A stretch of 64,000 nt of DNA from Camelus dromedarius (lineage: Eukaryota): positions 51,772,001 through 51,836,000 of the forward strand of contig NC_087447.1 in NCBI RefSeq assembly GCF_036321535.1, written 5' to 3'. Under the pieces are notes generated by a model that saw only the letters and a list, made by a program, of their open reading frames with translations, did no database searches and was not told the DNA's origin. Positions 11,866 through 23,566 of this stretch are shown here, piece after piece. A program made the position numbers and the translations under genes. Position 1 is the stretch's first letter. Each line of letters opens with the position of its first letter.

Positions 11866-13629
11866 TGTTTGTTTGTTTATATGTATTTTTATTGAAGTAT
11901 AGTTAGTTTACAATGTTGTATCAATTTCTGGTGTACAGCATAATGCTTCAGTCATACCGAATGTACATATATTTATTTTCATATTCTTTTCCACCATAAG
12001 TTACTGCAAGATATTGAGTTCCCTATGCTATACAGTATGAACTTGTTTATCTATTTTATATATATTAATTAATATCTGCAAATCTCAAACTACCAATTTA
12101 TCCCTTCCCACCCCCTACCCACCCCTGGTAACCGTAAGTTTGTTTTCTATGTCTGTGAGTCTGTTTCTGTTTTGTAAATAAGTTCATTTGTGGTTTTTTT
12201 TTTTTTTTTTAGATTCCACATATAAGTGGTATTTTTCTTTCTCTTTCTGGCTTACTTCACTTAGAATGACAATTGCCAGGTCCATCCATGTTGTTGCAAA
12301 TGGCATTTAAAAAAATTTTTTTTATGGCTGAGTAGTATCCCATTGTATAAATATACCACAGTTTCTTTATCCAGTCATCTTCAGATGGACATTTAGGTTG
12401 TTTCCATGACTTGGCTATTATAAATAGTGCTGCTATGAACATTGGGGTGCATGTATCTTTTTGAATTAAGGTTCCCTCTGGATATATGCCCAGGAGTAGG
12501 ATTGCTGGATCTTATGGTAAGTCTATTTATAGTCTTTGAGGAATCTCCATACTGTTTTCCATAATGGCTGCACCAAACTACATTCCCACCAACAGTGTAG
12601 GAGGGTTCCCTTTCCTCTCCAGCCTCTCCAGCATCTATCATTTGTGGACTATTGAATAATGGCCATTCTGGCTGGTGTGAGGTGATACCTCATTGTAGTT
12701 TTGATTTGCGTTTCTCTGATAATTAGTGATATTGAGCATTTTTTTCATGTATCTGTTGGCCATTTGTCTTCTTTGGATGTCTTCATTGGAGGTCTTCATT
12801 GGAGAATTTCTTGTTTAGGTCTTCTGCCCATTTTTTTATTGGGTTGTTTTTTTCTTATTAACTTGATTGCGCTGTTTATATATTCTGGAGATTAAGCCTT
12901 TGTCAGTCTCATCATTTGCAAGTATTTCTCCCATTCTGTAGGTTGTCTTTTTGTTTTGCTTATGGTTTCCTTTGCTGTGCGAAAGCTTACAAGTTTAGTT
13001 CCCATTTGTTTTTGCTTCTATTTCTGTTGCCTGGGTAGACTGCCCTAGGAGAACATTGCTGAGATTTGTCAGATAATGTCTTGCCTATGTTTTCTTCTAA
13101 GAGATTTATAGTGTCTTGTCTTATGTTTACATCTTGAAGCCATTTTGAGTATATTGTGTGTTGTGTGAAGGAGTTTTCTAACTTCATTGATTTACCTGCA
13201 GGTGTCCAGCTTTCCCACCATTTGCTGAAGAGACTGTCTTTACTCCATTGTATGTTCTTGCCTCCTTTGTCAAAGATTAATTGGCCAAAAGTTTGTGGGT
13301 TCATTTATGGGCTCTTTATTCTGTTCCACTGATCCCTATGTTTGTTTTTGTACCAATACTATGCTGTTTTCATTACTGTAGCTCTGTAATATTGTCTGAA
13401 GTCTGGGAGGGTTATTCCTCCAGCTTCCTTCTTTTTCTTCAGTATTGCTCTGGTATTGCTCTGGCAATTCTGGGTCTTTTGTGATTCTATGTAAATTTTA
13501 GGATGATTTGTTCTAGTTCTGTGAAAAATGTCCTGTGTAATTTGTTAGGGGTGGCATTAAATCTGTAGATTGCTTTGGGTAGTTTGGCCATTTTAACAAT
13601 ATTAATTCTTTCAATCTAAGAATATGGGA
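11866..13629 (-). mobile_element. 5'-truncated younger L1 inserted into the older L1
   Basis: ORF2 fragments (QLIFDKGGKNIQW; MFIAALFIIAKSWKQPKCPS), a T-rich tail, and an imperfect TSD tgaatcag(g)tt at ~11851 and ~13630. Confidence 0.88.
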
Positions 13630-13809
13630 TGAATCAGGTTGTTTTTTTGTTGTTGCATTTTAGGAGTTCTTTGTATATTCTGAATATTAATCCCTTATCA
13701 CATACATTATTTATAAATACTCTTTCTCAGAATGTTCTGGGGCTGCCTTTTACTCTGTATATAGTTTTTTGGTTTTTTGGGGTTTTTCTTGGCTGTTGAA
13801 AGAGGTTGC

Positions 13810-14330
13810 TTTTTTTTTTTTTTTTAATTGAGGTATAGTTGATTTACAACGTTGTGTTAGTTTCTGGTGTACAGCAAAGTGATTCAGTTTTATATATATA
13901 AATGCATATATATATATACACACATATACTTTTCCAGATCCTTTTCCATTTTCTAGTTTATTACAAGATTTTGAATTTAGTCCCTGTGCTATACAGTAGG
14001 ACCTTGTTTATCTATTTTGTATATAGTAGTTTGTATCTGCTAATCCCAAATTCCTAATTTATCCCTCCCCACCCTTTCCCCTTTGGTAATCATAAGTTTG
14101 TTTTCTATGTCTGTGAGTCTGTCTCTGTTTTGTAAATAAGTTCATTTGTATCACTTTTTTTAGATTCCACATTTAAATGGTACTGTATAGATATTCGTCC
14201 TTCTTTTTCTGATTTAACTCCATTTAGTATAATAATCTCTGGGTCCATCCATTTCACTACTAATGGCATTATTTCATTCTTTTTTATGGCTGAGTAATAT
14301 TCCATTGTGTGTTGTGTGTATGCACATGTA
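13810..14330 (-). mobile_element. Short L1 3'-end insertion
   Basis: Poly-T followed by aattgaggtatagttgatttacaacg; ORF2 tail MEYYSAIKKNEIMP. Confidence 0.8.
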
Positions 14331-14363
14331 GATTTCAAGTATACAACATAATGATTCAATATA

Positions 14364-14670
14364 CAGTTAGTTGACGCTTGGAAACATTTTTGGAGATTTG
14401 CGACAATTTGAAAACACCTGAAGGCAAACTGTGTAGTTTAGAAATATGGAAAAAAATTTAAAAACGTTACGTATGGCATGATGTATAAAATACATGTGGA
14501 TATACAAATAACAAAGTATGTTTTAATCAACTGCTTCTGTTATTGGTAAGGCTTCTGGTCGACAGTAGGCTATTAGTAACTAAGTTTTGGGGGAGTCAAA
14601 AGTTATACATGGATTATTGACTGCACTGAGGTTGGTCCCCCTAAGCTCTACGTTGTTCAAGGATCAACTG
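14364..14670. mobile_element. TcMar-Tigger DNA transposon (Tigger2/MER8-like) nested in an L1 3'UTR
   Basis: Right end gttgttcaaggatcaactg|ta (reverse complement cagttgatccttgaacaac); degenerate left end ta|cagttagttgacgcttggaa; internal ttttgggggagtcaaaagttata. Confidence 0.75.
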
Positions 14671-17600
14671 TATGTATATATTATGAAATGGTCACCACAA
14701 GAAGTCTGTTTAATATTCACTACCACACATAATTACAAATTTTTTTCTTGTGATGAGAACTTTTAAGATTTATTCTTAGCAGCTTTCAAATATACAATAC
14801 AGTATTACTAACCATAGTAACCATGCTGTATATTATATCCTCAGGATGTATTTGTTGTTTTTTGTTCTATTTTGTTTTAGGACATATTTGCTTTTAACTG
14901 AAAGTTTGTATCCCCCCCCCCACCCCCCGCTTACCTATTTCACCCGCTCCCAATCCCCACCCCTGGAAACCACCAATCTGTTCTCTGCATCTGTGAGTTT
15001 GTTTTAGATTCCACATATAAGTGAGATCATGTAGTAGTTGTTTTTTTTCTGTCTGACTTACTTCATTTAGCATAATGCTCTCCAAGTCCATCCATATTGC
15101 TGCAGATGGCAAAATTTTATTCTTTTTTATGGCGCAGTAGTACTCCATTGTATTCCACATCTTTAGGCAGTCGTCTGTTGGTGGACACTTAGGTTGGTTC
15201 CATATCTTGGCAATTGTAAATAATGCTACTAGGAACATTGGGGTGCATGTATCTTTTCAAATTAGTGTTTTTGTTTTTTTTCAGATGTATTCAGATCTGT
15301 TTGTATCATCTTAAGTTTCTTTCATCAGTGCTTTATAGTTTTTGGAGGATAGGATTTTGGCCTCCTTACGTAGGTTTATACCTAGGTATTTTATTCTTTT
15401 TGATGTGATGGTAAATGGAATTGTTTCCTTAATTTCTCTTTCTGATAGTTCATTGTTAGTATATAGAAGTGCAACAGATTTCTGTATATTAACTTTGTAT
15501 CCTGCAATTTTAGCAAGTTCATTGATGAACTCTAACAGTTTTTAGGTGGCATCTTTAGTATTTTCTATGTATAATATCATGTCATCAGCAAACAGTGGCA
15601 GTTGTACTTCTTTCTTTACAGTTTGGATTCCTATTATTTCTTTTTCTTGTCTGATTGCTGTGGTTAGGACTTTCAAAACTATGTTGAACAAAAGTGGTGA
15701 GAGTGTGCATCCTTGTCTTGTTCCTGATCTTAGAGGAAATGCTTTCAGCTTTTCACCTTTGAGTATGATGTTAGCTGTGGGTTTGTCATATATGACCTTT
15801 ATTGTGTTGAGGTATGTTCCCTCTGTGCTCACTTTCTGGAGAGTTTTTATTATAAATGGATGTTAAATTTTATCAAAAGCTTTTTCTGCATCTAATGAGA
15901 TGATCAGATGGTTTTTATTCTTCAGTTTGTTAATGTGATATATCACATTGATTGATTTGTGAATGCTGAACAACCTTGCACCCCTGGGATAAATCCCACT
16001 TGATCATGGTGTATAATGCTTTTAATGTATTGTTGGAATCAATTTGCTAGTATTTTGTTGAAGATTTTTGCATCTATGTTCATCAGTGGTATTGGCCTGT
16101 AGTTTTCTTTAGTGATATTTTGTCTGGTTTTGGTATCGGGGTGACACTGGCCTCACAGAATGAATTCAGAAGTGTTCCTTCCTCTTTGATTTTTTGGAAT
16201 AGTTTCAGAAGGATAAGTGTTAACTAGTTTTCATTGGTTTGCTATGGACAGGGCAAGGGCTCAACTTGTCCCAGGGTAGGGTCTGGCCTGCTGTGGGTGG
16301 GCTGGGTTTGCAGGCTGCAAGATCATGGTTTGCTTGCATCTGGTGTTTGCCCCCTGGTGGGTGAGGCTGGTCTAGATGCTAGTTCAGGGCTTCCTGTAGG
16401 GCAAGGCTGGTGTCAGCCCACTGGTGGGTAGAGTTGGGTCTTGGCCTGCTGGTTGGCAGGGCAGAGTCCAGGGGGCATGTCTAGAGGTGGCTGTGGTCTT
16501 TAGGCAGCCTGTCTGCTGATGGACACAGCCCCACCCAGTTAGTGGCTTGGCCTGAGGCATCCCAGCACTGTTGCCTGCAGGCTGTTGGATGGGGCCAGGT
16601 CTTGGTGTTAATGAGCTAGAGGGAGGATGCCAAGATGGTAGCTGCAAGCATTAGTGTTTACATGGTAGAATGTTCCCAAATAATGCCTGTCCAGGGTGAG
16701 TCACAGCTGTCTCCTGCCTTTCCAGGAGACTCTCCAAGACTAGCAGGTAGGTCTGGCCCAGGCTCCTATCAAATCACTGCTCTTGCCCTGGGTCCTGGTG
16801 TGTGTGAAATTTTGTGTTTGCCTTTTAAGAATGAAGTATTTATTTCCTTCAGTCCTGTGGGGCTCCAGAAATTAAGCCCTGCTGGCCTTCAAAAGCCACA
16901 TGCTCTGGGGGCTTGTCTTCTGGGTGCTGACCCTTAGGCCGGGGAGCCCAATGTGGGGCTCCAAACCCTCACTTCTGTAGGAGAACCCCTGCAATATAAT
17001 TAGTTTCCAGTTTATGGGTTGCCTGCCTTGGGGTATGGGATTTGCCTATATTGTAAGTCTGCACCTCCTACCTGTCTCCTTGTGGTTCCATCTTCTTTTT
17101 TTTTTTTTTTAAATACACTTAATTTTTTTAGAGCAGTTTCAGGTTCACAGCAGAATTGAGCAGAAAATACAGAGTTCCCACGTAGCCCTCCCCACCCACA
17201 CACATATACTCCCCTATCCTCAACGGCCCTCATCAGTGTGGCATATTTGGTACAATCAATGAACCAACATGGACACATTATTGTCAACCGAAGTCCATAG
17301 TTTACATTAGGGTTCACTCTTGATGTTGTATATTCTATGGGCTTTGACAAATGCATAATGACATGTAGCCACCACTATAGTATACAGAATAATTTCATCG
17401 CCCTAAAAATCCCTTTTGTTCCATCTATTCATCCCTCCCTCCCTCTCTCTCCCCAAACCGCTGGATACCATGATCTTTTTATTGTTTCTGTAGCTTTGCC
17501 TTTTCCAGAATGTCATTTGGTTGGAATTGTACAGTTTGTAGCCTTTTCAGACTGGCTTCTTTCATTTAGTAATATGTCTTTTAAGTTTCTTCCATGTCTT

Positions 17601-18597
17601 TCATGGCTTGATAGATCCTTTTTTTTCACTGCACGTATATTGTTTTAAGTTACATATATGTACTGTTGATTGTTTCTAAGAACATTTAGAGCTTTGGCTT
17701 TTTAAACTTACATAGTTATCAAAGGAATAAAGCCAACCACAAAATAAAAATTAATTCAAAAAGATACATGCACCTTACTATTAATAGCAACATTATTTAT
17801 AATTGCCAAGATATGGAAGCATCCTAAGTGCACATCAATAGCTGAACAGATAATGAAGATGCAGCATATATGTATATGTAATGGAATATAGCTCACCCAT
17901 AAGAAAGAAGGATATTTTGCCATTTGTGGCCCTTCATTCACTTTTTTTTTTTCACTTCAAAAACCAGAATTTTATAACTGGCATAAACATTTCCATTACA
18001 TCAAAAACAAAATACCTAGAGATAAACTTAACTAAGGAGGTTACCTATACTCTGAAAACTGAAATGACACAAAGAAATGGAAAGATTTCTTGTGCTGTTG
18101 CATTGGAAGAACCAACACTATCAAAATGGCCACACCCAAAGCAATCCACAGATGCAACGCAACCCCTGTCAAAATACTCACGACATTCCTCACAGAACTA
18201 GAACAAACAATTCCGAAATTTATAAGGAACCACAAAAGACCCCAGACAGCCAAAGCAATCTTTTGTAGGTCTTTTTTTTCCTCTTTCTTCTTTTTGTTCT
18301 CTTTTCTTATGGTTAAAGGACTAGAGAAGGTCCTTTAACATTTGTTGTGAAGTTGGTTTGGTGGTGCTGAAATCTTTTAGCTTTTGTTTACCTGTGAAGC
18401 TTTTGATTTCTCCATCAAGTCTGAATGAGAGCCTTGCTGGAAAGAGTTTGTGGTTTCTTCTTTATGTCTTTAGTTGTAGATCTTTTTTGGAAGGTTCTGG
18501 TCTTTTCCATCAGTGCTTGTTCTGCAGATAGTTGTGATCTTGGTGTGCTTGTGAGAGGTGAGCTCAGGGTCTTGATATTCAGCAACCTTGGCTGTCT
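14671..18597 (-). mobile_element. Internally deleted L1 (3'UTR, ORF2 RT fragment and 5'UTR), interrupted by the composite copy at 17099-18447
   Basis: RT fragment [24 protein letters not shown]...LFADDMILY (15542..15832) lies next to GC-rich L1 5'UTR-type sequence at ~16233-17098 and 18448-18597. Confidence 0.75.
17099..18447 (-). mobile_element. Composite HAL1-like element, copy 1 (5'-truncated)
   Basis: Colinear with 29163-30520; poly-T at the left end; imperfect TSD ttgtggtt(cca/t)tcttcttt at ~17080 and ~18448. Confidence 0.8.
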
Positions 18598-18599
18598 TT

Positions 18600-20150
18600 T
18601 AAGATTGTTTCTTAATTTCTCTTTCAGATAGTTTGTTATTAGTGTATTGAAATGCAACAGACTTCGGTATATTGATTTTGTGTCCTGCAACTTATTGAAT
18701 TTATTAGTTCTAACAGTGTTGTGAGTCTAAGGTTTTCTACATATGATATGCTATCTAGAAATAGAGAAGTTTTACTTCTTCCTTTCTGATTCTGATGCTT
18801 TTTATTTCTTTTTCTTGCCTAATTGCTCTCACCAGGTCTTCCAAAACTGTGTTGAATAAAAGTGGCAAGTGTGGGCATTCTCACCTTGTTCTTGATTTTA
18901 GAGGAAAAGCTTTGTTGTTTGCCACTGAGTATGATACTAGCGATAGGTGTCTCATATAAGGCCTATTATGTTGAGGTATGTTCCCTCTGTACTCACTTTG
19001 TTAAGACTTTATCATGAAAGAACATGGAATTTTGTCAAATGCTTTTTCTGCATCTATAGAGATGATTTTTTTCACTGAAATATGGTTGATTTACAATGTT
19101 GTGTTTCTGTAGTACAGCATAGTGATTCAGCTGTACATATATATATAATATATATATTCTTTTTAATATTCTTTTCTGTTATAGACTATTACAAGCTACT
19201 GACTATAGTTCCCTGTGCTATACAGTAGGACCTTGTCATTTATCTATTTTGTATATAGTAGTTTGTATCTGCTAATCCCAAACTCCTAATTTATCCCTCC
19301 CCACACCTTCCTCTTTGGTAACCGTAAGTTTGTTTTCTATGTCTGTGAGTCTGTTTCTGTTTCATAAATAAATTCATTTCTGTCATTTTCTTAGATTCCA
19401 CATATAAGTGGTATCATTTGATATTTGTCTTTGTCTGACTTAACTTCACTTAGTATGATCATCTCTAGGTCCATCCATGTTGCTGCAAATGGCATTATTT
19501 CATTGTTATAGTTGGGTAGTATTCCACTGTATATACGACAACTTCTTCATCCAGTCATCTGTCTATGGACATTTAGGTGCTTCTGTGTCTTGGCTATTGT
19601 AAGTAGTGCTGCTATGAACACTGGGGTGTGATCATATGATTTTATCCCTTATTTTGTTATGTGGTGGACCACATTGATTGTTGTGTGGATATTGTATGAG
19701 CTTTGCATCCCTCGTATAAGTCCCACTTGATTGTGGCCTGTGATCCCTTTTGTATGTTGTTGAATTCAGTTTGCTGATATTTTGTTGTGGATTTTTGCAC
19801 TTATGTTCATCAGGGATATTGGCCTGTAATTTTTCTTGTGTGTCCTTGCTGGTAATGCTGGGCTTTAAAATGAGTTTGGAACTGCAGTTGGCCCTCCATA
19901 TTCATGATTTTGCATCCACGGATTCAGCCAACCACAGATTGATCAGCAGTTGCTTCAATCTGCAGATGCAGAAAGGAACTTGCAAATGTAGAGGGCTGTC
20001 TGTACCATGCCATTTTTTATAAGGGTCTTGAGATCTGTGGATTTTGGTATCTGCGTTGGGGGGGTCCTGGAACCAATCCTCTGAGGGTACCAAGGAACAT
20101 CTGCATTCCTTCCTCTTCTACTTTTTGGAAGAGTTTGAGGAGGCTTGGTA
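18600..20150 (-). mobile_element. L1 ORF2 (RT region) fragment with a nested L1 3' end (~19065-19630) and a MER2-like element
   Basis: Antisense ORF2-type sequence (gttgaataaaagtggc, ttgaggtatgttccctct), homologous to 15400-16230. Confidence 0.8.
19885..20103. mobile_element. MER2-like TcMar-Tigger MITE
   Basis: Left end cagttggccctccatattc; right end ggggtcctggaaccaatcc...gagggtaccaaggaacatctg; it splits the host L1 at tgagtttggaa|ttccttcctct. Confidence 0.75.
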
Positions 20151-20154
20151 TTAT

Positions 20155-23100
20155 TTTTTTTAATTAAAAAATTGTTTTTTATTTTATTATTTTCTATATA
20201 TTTTACAATATCATATTTTTAAAATTGAAGTATAGTTGAGGTACAATATTGTATGTTATAGGTATATAATGTAGTGATTCACAAATTTTAAAGGTTATAT
20301 TCCATTTATAGTTACTATAAAATATTGGCTATATTCCCAATGTTGTACATACATCCCTGTAGCTTCTTTTATACCTGATAGTTTGTACCTTTTAATCCTC
20401 CACCTCCATCTTGCCCCTCCCTCTTTCCTCTCCCCACTGGTAACCAGTAGTTCCTTCACTACATCTGTGAGCCTGTTTCTTTTCTGTTATATTCACTAGT
20501 TTGGTGTATTTTTTTAGATTCCACATGTAAGTGACGTCCTACAATATTTGTCTTTCTCTGTCTGACTTATTTCACTTAACATAATGCCCTCCAAGTCCAT
20601 CCATGCTGCACACCAGAAACTAATACAACATTTTAAATTAACTGTACTTCAATTAAAAAGCAAATAACCAACCAACCCATTTAAAATATGGGCAGAAGAA
20701 CTGAACAGACATTTTTCCAAAAGAGGAAATGCAGATGGCTAACAGGAACATGAAAAGCTGCTGAACATCACTAATATCAGGGAAATGCAAATCAAAATCA
20801 CAATGAGATATCATCTCACACCTGTCAAATGGCCATCATCAAAAAGAACACAAATAATAACAAATGTTGGCAAGGATGTGGAAAAAAGGGAACCCTTGTA
20901 CACTGTTGGTGGGAATGCAAATTGGTGCAGCCACAATGGAAAACAATATAGAGGTTTCTCAGAAACCTAAAAACAGAACCACCATATGGCCCAGCAATTC
21001 TACTCCTGGGCATATATCTGAGAAAGAAAAAATTAATTCACAGAGATACATACGCCCCACTATTAACAGCAACATTATTTATAATTGCCAAGATATGGAA
21101 ACATCCTAAATGCACATCAATAGATGAATGGATAAAGAAGATGTAGCATATATATGCAATGAAACACAACTCATCCATAGAAAAGGATATTTTGCCAATT
21201 GTGGCCCTTCATTCACTTTTTTTTTTCACGTCAAAAACCAGAATTTTATAACTGGCATAAACATTTCCACTGCATCAAAAACAGCAAAATACCTAGAAAT
21301 AAACCTGACCAAGGAGGTTACCTATACTCTGAAAACTGTAAAACATTGATGAAGGAAATTGAAGATGATACAAAGAAATGGAAAGAAATCTTGTGTTCTT
21401 GGATTGAAAGAATCAACATTATCAAAATGGCCATACTACCCAAAGCAATCCACAGATCCAATGCAACCACTGTCAGAATACTCATGCATTTTTCACAGAA
21501 CTCTAACAAACAATTCCAAAATTTATATGGAACCATAAAAGACCCCAAACTGCCAAAGCAGTCTTTTGTAGGTCTCTTTTTTTTTTTTTTTTTCTCTTTC
21601 TCTTTCTTCTTTTTGTTCTCTTTTCTTATGGTTTGATGACTAGAGAAGTTCCTTTAACATTTATTGTAAAGCTGGTCTGGTGGTGCTGAATTCTTTTCGC
21701 TTTTGTTTATCTATGAAGCTTTTGATTTCTCCATCAAATCTGAACAAGAGCCTTGCTGGGTAGAGTATTCTTGGTTGTAAGATTTTGCCTTTCATCACTG
21801 TAAATATATTGTGTCACTCCCTTCTGTAAAGTTTCTGCTGAAAAATCAGCTGATAACCTTATGGGAGTTCCCTTGTATGCTGTTTGTTGCTTTTCTCTTG
21901 CCAATTTTAATATTTTCTCTTTAGCCTTAATTTTTCTCAATTTGATGACTATGTGCCCTGGTGTGTGCCTCTTTGGGTTGATCCTGTGTGATACTCTCTG
22001 CACTTCCTGGACTTGGGTGACTGTTTCCTTTCCCAAGTTGGGGAAGTTTTCAGTGATTATCTCTCCAAAAACTTTATCAGGTCTTTCTCTCTCTCTTTTC
22101 TTTCTGGGACCCCCATAATGCAAATATTAGCGTGCTTAATGTTGTCCCAGAGTTCTCTTAAACTATCCTCATTTCTTTTCATTCTTTTTTCTTTTTTCTG
22201 TTCTGCAGTAGTGATTTCCACTAATCTGTCTTCTAACTCACTGATCCATTCTTCTGCCTCATTTAGTCTATTCTTGGTTCCTTCTAGTGTGTTACTCATT
22301 TCAGTGATTTTATTCAACTCTGGGTATTTATATTTTCCAACTCTTTGCTAAGAACTTTGCTCTGTGCATCTATATTCCTCTTGAGTTCTCTGAACATCTT
22401 GGCCATCATTACTTTAAACTCTTTCTCATATAAATTGCCTATCTCCTCATCACTTACTACTTCTTCTGGGATTTTATCTTGTGCCTTGTCCTGGAAAATA
22501 TCACTCTGCTGCCTCATATTATCTGTTTTTCTCTTTGAATTTTTAGGTAGGTTAGTACATTTCTCGAGCTTGGAGAAGTAGTCTTCTGAAGGAGATGTCC
22601 TGTGCATCCCAGCATCTCTTGTCACCCAAGGGCCAGAGTCCAGCTAGTCTCAGGGTAGAGTCTAGCCTGTGTTTGTGGATTCCTACCACAGGTTTTTGGA
22701 CTATTGTTTTCTTATCTCTGGTATCTTCCCCCTGGTGGATGAGGATGGACTAGAGGCTTATGCAGGGATCCTGGCAGGAGGAGCCAGTGCCTGCCCGCTG
22801 CTGGGTGAAGCTTGGTCCTGGACCTCTGGTGGGTAGGGCTGTGTCTAGAGGCTTTTGTGGCTCAGGAGGTCTGCTGATAGGTGGGGCTGTGTTCCCACCC
22901 TGTATGTTTTCTGGCCTGGGGCTTCCCAGCACTTAAGCCTATAGGCTCTTGGGTGGGGCTGGGTCTTGGTGCTAATGATTCAATCAAGATGGTAGGCTTC
23001 AGGAAAGCTCATGTAGATGAACACCCCCGGAGTATCCACCACTAGCTTTTTTGTCCCCTGGGTGAGCAGTAGCCGTCCCCTATGTCCCCAGGAGACCCTC

Positions 23101-23566
23101 CAAAATCAGCAGGCAGGTCTGGCCTAGGTTCCTATTAAATCACTGTCTGTGCCCTTGGACCTGGTGCATGCGAGATTATGTGTATGATTCCCAAGAGAGT
23201 GAATTCTCTGTTTCCCCCAGTCCATTGGGGCTCCTGGAGCTAAGCCCCACTGGCCTTCAAATCCAGATGTCCTAGGGTCTCCTCCTCCCAATGCCAGAAC
23301 TCTGGGCTGGGGAGCCTGACGTGGGGCTAAGGCTCTTACTCCTGTGGGAGGACCTCTGTGACTTAATTGTTCTTTAGCTTGTGGATCACCCACCCAGTGG
23401 GTATGGGCCTGATTATATCTCGAGCACACCCCTCCTACCTTCCCACTGTGGTTCTCTGTGTTTCCAGTTGAAGAAGATTTATTTTGCTAGGTGCCAGTCT
23501 CTTTCTCTCAATGGCTGTTCAGCAGTTGGCTCTGGTTTTGTTGTAGTTGCGAGGAGAGGCAAGCTC
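20155..23566 (-). mobile_element. Composite HAL1-like element, copy 2 (variant with a different 3' tail)
   Basis: 5'UTR ~23566-22520; disrupted ORF1 22517-21640 (ORFs 22314..22625, 22057..22317, 21734..22123); inverted ORF2/3' segments ~21565-20610; L1 3'UTR tail ~20608-20155. Confidence 0.78.
21640..22517 (-). pseudogene. Disrupted L1 ORF1p within composite copy 2
   Basis: MRQQSDIFQDK..., NRLNEAEEWISELEDRLVEIT, ENFPNLGKE...RHTPGHIVIKL, ending ...MLKELL*; broken by frameshifts and a stop. Confidence 0.85.
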
